Below, in pieces: positions 35,201 to 46,303 of a stretch of 59,398 bases of DNA (its first letter is position 1; the number at the start of each line of letters is the position of its first letter). Source of the DNA: Chara braunii (taxonomy: Eukaryota; Plantae; Charophyceae). The position numbers and the translations under genes were made by a program. A model generated the notes under the pieces. The model made no database searches. It saw nothing but the letters and a program-made list of their open reading frames with translations, and was not told the DNA's origin. The stretch lies in assembly GCA_003427395.1 (NCBI GenBank), contig BFEA01000036.1, forward strand, positions 4,325,464 through 4,384,861. The letters run 5' to 3'.

Positions 35201-38200
35201 TGCTTGTCTGCCTGAAAATTGTCCCACTCTTCTAACCTTTTCTCCCGTTCGGCCGCCCATACCATCATGGATATTGGTTGGTCGTCCATTCGCTCCTCAG
35301 CCTCCTCTACCCTCCTCTTGAAGTCTGCCTCTTTCTTGTTTCTTTCTCTTGCCAGGATTCGGGAGATCACGTCGAGGATCCCGGAAGTGATTGAGATGCC
35401 GTCGTCAAGCACTCGGCTGATGAGTCAAAAAGTGGCTTTGCAGCCTCCCATTTGGCCATGTGGTCTGATACCCACTCGCTCACACATGGTACTTGTAAAA
35501 CTTGGCTGTTGAGACGGAAAAAACCCTTGCCTCTTTCCACTCCCAGGTGTAGCCGAATATCTGCAACAACAGGTTTGTGGTCTGACAAGGTCTGTCAGAC
35601 TTCCCGCACTGAGGTGACCCTGTCCAAGACTTGGTCCACCACTAGGAAATAATTTAGCCGCCTCCTGGTCACTGCCTGTCTCTCCCTGCAAAGATTTGAG
35701 GTCCAGGTGTAGCCTGCCTCCCCTGGGTTCAAGATAGGGAAGGGGTCGGACAATGTCAGCTCTGCACTGAACTCCACGAGAGTTCTGACATCGTTCCGGT
35801 TGGCTGACGGAGCTCCCGGCCTCAATGCTTCATCCATAGATACGTTCCAGTCCCCGACCACTACCAGCCTGTCCACCTGTGGGACATTCCGCATGAGCTT
35901 GGAGAAGAATCTTGCTCTTTCCCCCGGTGCTGATGGAGCGTATACCGTCATCAGCGCCCACTCCTCGTTCCCAATCGCTACTTTCATCCACGCCCATCTG
36001 CCCCATAGGTCTGCTTTGGAGTCTATCACCTGTGCTTGGAGATCCCTATGAAGAAGTATCCCCACTCCCCCTCGGCTACCTTGTGTCGGGGCCCATATAT
36101 GTGGCCCCTCCCACCAACGCTCGAACTCTTGGAGCTTCACTTCATTTAATTTAGTTTCCTGAAGAAAAACGCAGTTGATCTTCTGTTCGTGGAGCCAACT
36201 CTTCAGACGACGCCTCTTGGACCTCCCATTGGTGTCGCCCAAGCCGCGGATGTTCCAGGTGGCTGTTCGGATCTTATCCATCAACTGTGTTTGAGACCGC
36301 CTGCTGTTGGATGCGGTTGCTGTGTGCCTGCTGCTCGGACTGTGCCAGCGACGTCCTGCTTCTGTTGGCGGAGTCTCATGATCTGTGCTGTGATCTGCTT
36401 CTAGCCGAGCTGACCTTGGACGACGACTTCCACTCCTCTGTCAACTTGTCGGCTAAGAAGCTGGAGTGCAGGTTCACCTCCGGCGACAATTTCTCGTTAA
36501 TGTTTAGTAATATCAGAGCATATATTCCAGGTAAAACCTTGATATGGTCCAGTTCCTACTGGTTCCGCTCCCTGACCAGATCCATGTGGCACCAGCGGAT
36601 ACCGGACTGGGACAGCAGGTTGGCTGATTCTTGTGGTACTCTCGCATCCAACAACGGGAAGTACATCTTCGTATAGCCTTGGACTGTTTCCACTATCACA
36701 TTCGCCATCTCAGCATGTGGAATGAGCCTGATCGGGACATGCGTTCCGAACAGCTTCTTCGTTTCCTCTAATATCATCGCCGGTGTAGGGGACCTGTCAA
36801 TTGTTGTCGAGGGGATAATGGAGACGTTCACCTCATCCGCAATAGCCAGAAAGCAAATGCCCTGCGCAGAGCTTGTGCACAGCAGCAAGACTAGGCATCT
36901 CTGAACCGTTTCCATCTTGTTTCTTTCAAAGGTCTCAGCTCTCTGGACCTTGTTTAGTGTACGCCTGTCCCCCACCTTTTGTCCACCCCGATGGTCTTGT
37001 CCTAATGCTGCTGGGCTCTTCAAGGAGGAAGAGTCATCTGCGTGATGGGACGAGTCGTACCCCTCTTCACAACACTCGCTGCCCCATCTGATCCTCGAAC
37101 GGGACGTAACAGAGGTCTTCGACAGTTCTTCTCGGATTGTTTCTTCTCGCGGCGGAGGGTTGTAGGGGGCTTTTTTTTCCCCGACGCGACCTCTTCCTCT
37201 ACCCTCCATCTGGGGGAATGGAACTGTGGATCTTGCCTCCACTGTGGTGTAGAGATATCTCTTGAGCTTTGAAGATCTTCTTTCCTTGCATCCCACCTTG
37301 AACTACTTGACCTTGTTCTTCGTCTGTTCGCCCCACCCCTGGCATCCCACCTCGAGAAGTCTAGGGAGGGGTTACCTCTCCCTTGCGCCGTGTGAGTCAG
37401 TTTCCGCCAATCATAGTCTGCTGAAGGGTACCCAGGAATTGGATGTTCCACTTGTACAAACTGCCTGCCGTGACTCTCCTGTTCGGGTTGTCCCCCATAT
37501 AGCCCATGTCTCTGTTCCAGCTGTCCCAGCTGCTGTTGCACGAGTCTGTGTGCCTGGTAAGCCCCGCTGGCTTCTGTTTCGCGTTGGTACCAGTGGTGGT
37601 GCTCTTGCCAGTCCATGTGTGCTGCGGGGCCCTGAGTATCGGGGCCAGCGCCAGCCCACTGAGCCCTGTATGTTCGGTCATACCCACCTCCTTCCCCTTG
37701 CCAATCCCTTCGTGCATTCCAGGGGGTTTGCATCGACATCCCTGCTACCGGTATCTCTTTCTGTCCCCACAGTTGGTATCCTTGCGCTAGTTCTTCCCCT
37801 TGGGCCCTGGGGCCCCTGGGACCAACCTCCTGATTGGTGAGCTGCTGTTGGTGCTGCAGGTGCCCGAGATTAAGAAAAACTTCTCTTTGCTCTGCCTGAC
37901 CACTGATCGGTCTGTCCCCCGAGTGCAGCTGGTGGCCTAACCGTACCACTTCTTCTCTGGGGGACTGTGCCTGCGTAGCCTGTCTGGAGATTCGGGAGAC
38001 TGCTTGTCCTTGAGTGTGTTGTCCTGCTGAGCATTGAGTCGGAATATCTACTCACCTGTTGCCTGATTCCGCAGCAGTTGATCGTTCTTGAATCTGGAGA
38101 TGTTCCCTGAACCGGATACAGTGCCTGCCTTGTTTCTCCCCGTTACTTCTTCGCCCCTCTTCGTTTTATCTGAGTCTTGGGCAGCTCTCCTCTGTGTGGA

Positions 38201-39035
38201 AATACCATTTGCATCTTGTGCACCAATATGTGTAGGGTGTAACAATCTCAACCTTCCAGCAAGTACCTTTTGGTGACTGTATGACCAACTCATCATCGAT
38301 CTTGGGCCGGGCTTTGGGTGGCATGTCAAACTTTACATTCATTAACTTTGGCCTTTCTTTGTCGAATTTTGGTGAATGCATCTCTAGGACCTCCCCAAAC
38401 ACCCCTCTTACCGCGCTTCTCAGAAAGTAGTAGGCGTCAAGCGACACTCTTAAGGCCATAATCCAGAATTTGGACTCCGCCTCCTGGATTCGAGCAACTT
38501 GCATTTCATGTCTGGATAACCTTGGCTTAAAGGAAACTGAGTATTCCTTGCCCACCAATCTGATACTCAGTTTTTTCTGCTGTACTAGCCAATCCGCGAT
38601 CTCCTTCGCCTTTGCCACGTACGAGGCCACATTAGCACCCTCAAACTTGACACGGCCCCTGCAAAAGCTTGGTTGGAACAGTTTCTTTGCGGTCCACCCG
38701 TCTTCGTAAGCCCAAATTAAGTCCTCCATGACTGAACGTTGCAGATTCCTAGCCTCCCCTTGAAAGGTTACTACTACCGACCTTTCTCTCAACCTCTGTT
38801 CCTTCACCTCATCGACCATTTGGTTCACCACGAAACGTTTTCCATCTTTGTCCTCAACTACCTCGCCCAGGCTCGCATTGTTCGGGCAGACTCCCTCATC
38901 ATAACAGCGCCCTACTGACTCCCTAACTCTGTTGAGATCCCCTGTTAGCGTGGGATTTCCCTCATTCCCCTGACCAGCCATCCCTCCTTCTTTTCCCAGG
39001 CAAACTTCTGGAGTCTTATGGTTTCGAGAGTCCAC
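32222..39035 (-). mobile_element. Near-complete degenerate L1/Tx1-like LINE: ORF1 (CCHC knuckle) and ORF2 (APE endonuclease, RT, zf-RVT); 3' end in gap, 5' UTR boundary not defined
   Basis: CTRCKWYFHTEESC; TWNIRGL, LQETK, VYAP, GDWN, SDH; KSPGVDG, WRPISLLN, LDLEKAYD, LADD; CTRC..ESTRHLWWECP; several frameshifts and stops. Confidence 0.93.
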
Positions 39036-41405
39036 AGAGCACTGTCCTTCAGCTGCTTTCCCAATACCCGTACTGTTTTACCCTCTTGATCTCCCTGCTT
39101 CGACTCTCCTCTTACAGGGGAAGTGATGCGGAGAGCCTCAACAAGAGTCGATTGCTTGCCCTCAGATTACCTTGTTCCACTGCAAGCAATGAGGGAGTAT
39201 GCAGTTCCACCTGTCGCCGTTGGGGCCCACCAGCCTTCAAAATGACAGACAGGCACCTATCCGAGGCGCTATACAGAGGGAGACACGATAAGCAGCAAGA
39301 AGGGAGTGTTACTTTATACCATTCTTTGATCGACCGTTCGACCCATGTGCTGCACTCTCGACCGTGAGAGCTCGCTGAAATGCTGGAGAAGGCATTAACG
39401 CTCCATCTCCAACCAATCAACCCCCATTTGATACTCAGCCCACCCCTCACCTAGCTATCAAAAACGGCCCTTGACAGACCTCACGCTGAACTGTCGTTTG
39501 ACCCTCAGACACCCCTCAATTGATTACGGTAATTGCCAATCTACCCCGTTAGAAAATTACCTTCCATTGACCACGACAATGACCCGACGTATTAATCACC
39601 TTAGAAGAATGAAGCCTGATGCAGCGAGTGAAGGAGCACAAAAGGGATAGTCCAAAACAAACTGCTCTCTCCTCAGCGTGAGTTCGGGTTGGATGGTTCA
39701 CCGTACACTGGATCCTGTCTGCTGCTTGTCTCTCCTCCCCTCCCTGTGCTCAGGATGACCTTCTCTACTGCTCCTACCTTCTCTCCCCTTGAGCAGTCTT
39801 ATGCCGCCTCGGTGTCCTTGCCTTACCATTCCGAAATATGAATCCGCTATCCCTCCTTCTCTACCCCGTTACTACTGCGATGGCGAGCAACATAGCGGAC
39901 CTCGGTCTTTCAATTACCTCGGAAACCCAACTTCAGATTTCGGAACGGCTTGCCCCCTCAGGACTGCTCTACTGTTGCCAAGCCCTGTAGTGCGAGAGAC
40001 ACGGATTCCTAACCGAGCTTCCACTTCTGGAGGATACTCTCATGGTTACAAGTACCTTGCATTGCCACTACGGTCGGGAGCGAGTGGAATTTCTTGTCAA
40101 GTTACCAGCGCCTCCTCGACTGTTAGTACAGGGGAAGTTCCCTCTTCTCATTAATCATGAGGCGACTCCTCCCAGTTGCCTGGCGGTGTTTCCCCATTTG
40201 CCTTGTTTCTTCCTCCCCAAGCTACCACTTACGTCTCTTTTGGTTTCCCCATCTCTCTCACTACTTTTTCGGGATTGCAAGTTACCGTGGTAACTTTAGG
40301 TTACTGAGGACATTCTTTCGCTTGTCCCTATTGCGTCCTATTCTGCTGGCCCATTTACCCCGCGCTCACACCTACAGCACGTAGGTCGATTACCCCATTT
40401 CCTTCTCCCCATTTTCGGAAGAAGGAGTTACTGTGATAACTTTTAGGTTACGGAGTTGGATTTACCGGCGTCTCCCTACTGTGAGTTACCCGGCTAACAC
40501 TCCCTCTTAGATCAGCTCCGGATTTACTTCCCCTTTACTCCTCCGACACGACTGTAGGGGGAATTCGTGGACGAGCCTACTCTTCGGGCAAGGCTAAAGC
40601 TTCGGTGTTGATAGGCCTTCACAAGCTATCGGAAAGATGACTCTCTAGTTTCTTCCTAATGCTCCTGTAGTCACCGTCGCATCTGCTTTCCTTGTCGTCC
40701 TTTCCCTGGAATACCCCTTCGAAGATACACTGAGTTCCGTTTCTAGACGAAAAGAACGCTATGAATGCTCCTACTCCACCCTGTCTACTGGACTGTTCGG
40801 CGATGGTAACGTCCTGAGAATATGTCTCCACTCTCTCGAGGAGTGTGCATTACCTTCGTTCTACGCCCCGTCATGGCGGGGGGGTGCTCAGACGAACATC
40901 GCTACGCGAGGGGATCCGTGTAGCGGCGCTGAAACCGGAGCGCTAAGCTACCGGCCCGGAAACAACGCTCCTTCTCTCAACCCAACTTCCCATTGGCGTC
41001 TTTGACTTAAATGTTTGGAGTATAGAAGGAAGATAGAATGAGGAATAGCTTGTAGTTTTTGTTGAGCTTCATGGAGATGTTTTTTTGGAAGAATTGCTCA
41101 TTGAAGGGGACGCTGGACCCAATTTCCAGCTCATAGCCTATCTGGGCAATGGCCCCAGCTTCTTACCGGGTTGTTTGTGAGGATTCCCGGCCTCTTTTGG
41201 TTCCCATTTGAAATATAATGTTTCAATTCTTCCCAAAAAAAAAAAAAAAAAAAACTAGCAGAGCGGAGTGGTGAACACCGTTGTGAATGGCTACGATATG
41301 CAGAGGCTTGGGCTACCAATCTCGCTCCACTACTGTCTGCTGTACACAATTTCGTATAGCGGCCGTATAGCTAGTTGTTAGAGTTCAAAAAAACGTATAA
41401 AACCT

Positions 41406-41523
41406 GGCCTCACTCCACTTACTATCGGCTATACAGCACATCAATTCTTTGCGTTTGCAAAATTGGGGTCGTATAGTGGACAGTAGTGGAGGGATGCAGG
41501 CACTATCTGAAGTGGGTGAGGCC
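41406..41523. mobile_element. Tourist-like MITE, third copy
   Basis: GGCCTCACTCCACTT ... AAGTGGGTGAGGCC. Confidence 0.55.
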
Positions 41524-41957
41524 TGTCCCACAGAGGCCTCACGACGGAGGTCCCACAAATTTCCGCCGGGAAAGGGTGCGTTGTCGGCGCGAATGCCCGT
41601 ACAAGGATATCCGCCCTGGTTTTCTGCAAGCAACGGAAATGAGGGTAGGAGTAAAAGTTGGGTGCAGGGGCGCAGTTTTGAGGCCCGTGTGAAGCAAGAA
41701 GAAAAACGGACGATGTGACATTGACTTACCGTGAGGGCATGGGTGCGCAGCCCGTAGTTTGTTTGTTGATGTTGTTGTGAATGTGTGTAGATGTGTGTGA
41801 AAACACATGTTGCGGAGGCCTCAGCAAGCAATAAGTACATGCTCCACCTCACCGTCACCTCACAAGGTAAAGCCCCATAGGATTCTACAAAATTCTAAAA
41901 TCCATCGTGTTATATCACACCTCACAACAACGAAAACAGCAAGGAAAAGACCACAGC

Positions 41958-42170
41958 AAGCCGCAATGCAAACAACACAAAACAACAAAGCATATAGGCT
42001 GGAGGGCACGGGGGAGGCGGGNGGGTAGGCAAGCACAAGCCTATGTTGCTCCAGACAAACGACACAGGGCTTATGTTGCTCCAGATAGACAGCATGCCGC
42101 AAGGCAAACAACACAAAACAGCAAAGCATATAGGTTAGAGGACGCGGGGGAGGCGGGGAGGCAGGCAAAC
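41958..42170. repeat. Direct duplication, about 136-bp period
   Basis: GCCGCAA.GCAAACAACACAAAACA.CAAAGCATATAGG... occurs twice. Confidence 0.7.
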
Positions 42171-42340
42171 AGCACACAACAACAACACACACTGGGTAAA
42201 AGACATGGCGTAGACGGATGGGCAAGCAAACAGCGTAAGACCAGCAAAACAAACAACTACAATGCAAAAACAGCACCCGGAAAAAAAAACAAGTATAGAC
42301 AAAGAAACAACCGAAAAAAATAAATAAAACTGATGATGAA

Positions 42341-42396
42341 AGATTGTTTCGTCGGAATTGCACCGACTCATCAGGAGGCTGAACCCTCGACAATCT
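42341..42396 (-). ncRNA. Type III hammerhead ribozyme, intact core
   Basis: AGAUUG UC^ GAGG guucag CCUC CUGAUGA GUCGG ugcaauu CCGAC GAAA CAAUCU; all core nucleotides present and three fully paired stems. Confidence 0.9.
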
Positions 42397-42606
42397 GCGG
42401 AATGCCCGTATTGATGGTTTGGGTCATGCACCCTTTGACCCTTGTTGAAGGNNNNNNNNNNNNNNNNNNNNNNNNNNNNNNNNNNNNNNNNNNNNNNNNN
42501 NNNNNNNNNNNNNNNNNNNNNNNNNNNNNNNNNNNNNNNNNNNNNNNNNNNNNNNNNNNNNNNNNNNNNNNNNNNNNNNNNNNNNNNNNNNNNNNNNNNN
42601 NNNNNN

Positions 42607-42701
42607 GCCGGACATAACGCGGTCCATGTTGCTCTGAGCATTGGCAGGCGCCACGTCTGCCCATGGCGTAGTCGTCACTTCGCTGCTATCCGCCATGGTA
42701 C
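42607..42701 (-). other. Exact copy of the spermidine synthase 5' end (59304-59398); probably misplaced contig overlap
   Basis: 95 bp identical; segment bounded by a gap and an adapter. Confidence 0.85.
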
Positions 42702-42709
42702 TCCTATCC

Positions 42710-42796
42710 TCAAAACAACGAAGGAGAGCGAGGAGGAGGAAGCAGTACTGCAGCTACCAACTCCGCCGATGCCGCCCCCGTCGCCGCTGCTCGCAT
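42710..42796 (-). promoter_or_regulatory. uORF (MRAAATGAASAELVAAVLLPPPRSPSLF*) in the spermidine synthase leader
   Basis: ATG at 42796, TGA ends 13 nt before the main ATG at 42696; lies just after a tttcacag acceptor at 42802. Confidence 0.55.
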
Positions 42797-43413
42797 ACAA
42801 CCTGTGAAACAGAGTGCAAATACGTGAACACAAGGAAGGAGATTGACTAGATTACCTGTTGCTGCTTCGCTTGCAAAAACACAAGGGAAACAAGAAGGAC
42901 CAGAGCAGCTCCCCCTGCGTGAGAAAAAGGAGTATTGCTGATGACACAACCAGCGGAAAAGCGTGGAGTACTGGGGTTGAGGTACGGGCGAAGAGAACAC
43001 AACAAGGACAGAAGTTTGTGGGGTGTCATGCCACTGATTGTATGTGAACAGACAGCACGAGCACAGGAGGCAAAAGCGGGCTGTATATACTAAGACGTCA
43101 ACCATGAATCCTACAGCCGAATGGGAGACGCAAGTGGAATTAAGAGAGATGTGAATTTGACAACAAGAAAACCTGAACTATAAACACAGAAGATAACGCA
43201 AGAACTCACAATTACGGAGAAAGCAACGATGACAATTACAAAGAAACGGGACAGACAAACGGGGATGGAAAACGCGGTCGGGAATGCAATCCGTGATGAA
43301 GAACATTGGCAGGAACGCAGCAGGAATAGCAAGCACAACTAAAAACCACAGGTTCTTTGTGAAGTCAATCAACTGACTCAAGGAGGAAGTATCACTGGGA
43401 GTTGAGAGTAACC

Positions 43414-43417
<4 letters not shown>

Positions 43418-43479
<62 letters not shown>

Positions 43480-43561
43480 CTGTGTGTGTGTCTGTGTGTG
43501 TGTGTGTGTGTGTGTGCGTGTGTGCGTGTGTGTGCGTATGTGCGTGTGTGTGCGTGTGTGC
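43418..43561. repeat. (TC)n(TG)n microsatellite
   Basis: Direct. Confidence 0.95.
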
Positions 43562-44051
43562 GCGCCACACAAAGGACCGAGCTGGCGATGAGGATTAGGA
43601 GGAGAACGACGAGGAGGAGGTGGGACAAGGACGAAGGGTTCACGGGCAGAAAGAGGATGAGGAGGAGGACGACGATGAGCGGAGAGCGTTAAGAAGAGGA
43701 CAATGAGGACCTGGGACGCCTCTACCTCGCCTCTGTCGACCGGCTCTCTCTCTCTCTCCCCCCCCCCTTCCTGCTCGCTTTCTTTCTCTTTCGTTCTCCA
43801 TTCCCTCCCTTCCGCCTACTTTTTCAATTCGTGCCCTTCATTCCCCCTCCCGAGGTTGCCCCCACCAATCTTTCCCCGTCCTCTTCCCTCCTCGTCCTGT
43901 CTCATGCCTCCCTGTTACCGTCTTTCCCCACCCGTTTCTCTCCTCCGCTGGGATCTTATTCGAGCCCCTACTCCAAATACTCGACGTGGCCCCTACGGAT
44001 CCAGTATGCCCTTTCCTCGCCTTCTCTGTCTGCCGCTCTTCTCTCTTCAAT

Positions 44052-44089
44052 CTGTCTCTTATACACATCTAGATGTGTATAAGAGACAG
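44052..44089. other. Nextera mate-pair junction adapter (assembly artefact)
   Basis: Exact 38-bp CTGTCTCTTATACACATCTAGATGTGTATAAGAGACAG. Confidence 0.98.
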
Positions 44090-44450
44090 TCTCAGGGGGG
44101 GGAAACGCAACCCTGACGGGCTGCGAACTCACCCAGGCTGAAAAACTGTCTCGCCAGCCCGGCCAGTACCACTGCCTTGGCCGGTGACGGTATAAGTCAC
44201 AAGGGCCTGGCCTGCGACGACAGCTTGCGAAGTTTTTCGAGCAGCGCCCTCCAGTCCGCGCCCGCTCGCAGCACTCATCGCATATGCAAACCTGTGCAGG
44301 AGCACAAGGGTCAGGGGTTCAGAGAGAGTAGGAGTGTGCAGACGCGCAGTTTTGAGGCGCATGTGATGGTTTTTTCCATTTTTGATTAAATCAGGATTAA
44401 AAGATATTTCCTTTGGTTGGTACGTTGATTGTGTCGTGCGTGCGCACGGA

Positions 44451-44534
44451 GGCGGCTTGCCGTAACCGGAGTGCGGATGGCGGCTTGCCATAACCGGAAT
44501 GCGGATGGCGGCTTGCCGTAACCAGAGTGCGGAT
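44451..44534. repeat. 28-bp tandem repeat x3
   Basis: GGCGGCTTGCCGTAACCGGAGTGCGGAT. Confidence 0.85.
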
Positions 44535-45185
44535 GACTATCGATGCCACAGAGGTGGCTATTTTAGAATTTTTATTTTCAGCAACCTCGACGATGGTACG
44601 CGCAAACAGAGGTTAGCTTAGACACAACTTGATCACCCTCCACTAGAATGGTAAAGGTGTGGCTTTGGAGTGACGAATGATGCGTACAGCGGCTATGGGC
44701 GACACCAAGCCTTTGTGCGGCAATTACCGGTGTCCGGCGGCCGTGGGTACGGCCGTGGGTACGGTCGGCAAGCAAGGAAGTCCGGCGGCAGTGGGTACGG
44801 TAGGGCCGCGAGCCGCGCAACACCTACTTATATAGGATTGCACGACTATTTATATCAGCCTTGGGCTTAGAGCTATTGGTTATGGCATTGACTTTTAAGA
44901 CAGAGGTACAGGGATCGAGGTCAGTAATCGATGACAATGGAGCGCCGAAACATCTTGAAGGAACCGAGGGGTAAAAGGTCTGGCCGGACCATCCTTCTCA
45001 TGTTTGTTGATGACCCTGATCATTAAGTCGAGGGGGTGCCAACGTTCCAACCCCCATTTTCCCCTTCTTCTTTTCTTATTCGCTCCTCGCTTTTATTTTT
45101 ATTTTTATTTTTTTTACTCAAGTCCTATTTTATGGGACATCGTACCTGTCCGGTACTGGTTTCGGAACCGGTGTAGAGACCAGCT

Positions 45186-45243
45186 GGTGTAACTCAGTTG
45201 GCACACCTACGAATTGTTGCATATGCCTGTGTTCGAATCCAGG
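45186..45243 (+). repeat. tRNA-derived sequence
   Basis: TAACTCAGTTGG ... GTTCGAATCC. Confidence 0.45.
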
Positions 45244-46240
45244 TGATATAACTTTATGAATAAAACCAATTGTTAATGAATCACGTGGGGCCGGTCAACT
45301 CAATGACATATCTCAAGGTTGCAGGCCTTAGCTTGGTCCTTCAGGACATCCGTTAAAATCCGAATGATACATAGAAAATTAGCAAGGTTCTTGTGTGTTC
45401 AGGGTGTGGGCGAGGCTCCACTACCTGCCCGTCCTGACACGTGGGCCGTGGAACTCAACGTGCATGTAAGGCAGGTGGGTGCCTAGCCCACGTGGTGGAA
45501 GAAACCCGAATGGCGGTGTCGGGGCAAATACCCTGACAAGGGTATTTGCCGGGGGTTTTCAACGTCGGACGTTGTCCTACTCTTTCGCGAGATTGAAGGG
45601 CTTGATGAGATTCACGTTGCCAAATGTTTATTCAGACCTGATCGCTGACTGAGAGACTTAAAGATTTTAGAACCCTAGTCCGGACGCCTGCGGCGTTCGA
45701 GAGTAATGGCAATACCCGGCAGTGTTTCGCTTTGTCGAGGCCGTAGGGGCGTGCGGGTGTTGAGGTACTAAGGTTAGGCCTATTCTACCTAAAATAATGT
45801 CAGCCGCGCGATTCAGGGCCTAAGTAGGCTAAAAAGAGGAGTGCGCCGGGTATAGGACCACGGCGCGGAGGGAATAGGTAGAAGGGGTTTTATTTCCTGA
45901 GCCGCGAGGGTTGACACCAAGCCAGGGGGTTGATAGGCCGATGCCGAGGTCACGCGGCCAACCGATGGGGCAGGACCTGCCAGCAAGCCTATTAGGCTTC
46001 AGGCAGGCAAGATCTGCAAAGCCTGAAGCAGGCGAGGCAGTTGGGCCACAGGCAGGCAGGGCCTGCAAGGCCTCAGGCCAGGCGCAAGGCCACGAGCAGG
46101 CAGGGTCTGCAAGGCCACCGGTAGGGGGGCGATAGCTACTGGGCAAACTCTTCTTATAGAAGAGTTGCTCCTACTACGTCTAGTACTATGGTAGGAGCTA
46201 GCCAGTAGGTACCGGTACGTGACTGTTACCCCACTGATAT

Positions 46241-46303
46241 GGGGATCGAACCTGACCAGTTGTGCTACCGGGCTAGCTCCTTTTGGAGCAGCCCACTATG
46301 CTA
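46241..46303 (-). repeat. tRNA-derived sequence
   Basis: TAGCATAGTGG ... GGTTCGATCCCC. Confidence 0.4.

Noticed and set aside
42424-42696. Second full SPDS paralogue
   Set aside because: Only 95 identical bp; gap too short and block bounded by an adapter, so mis-assembly is more parsimonious.
44052-44089. Tn5 mosaic-end palindrome as a bacterial transposon or horizontal transfer
   Set aside because: Exact Nextera mate-pair junction adapter; the mosaic end is synthetic.
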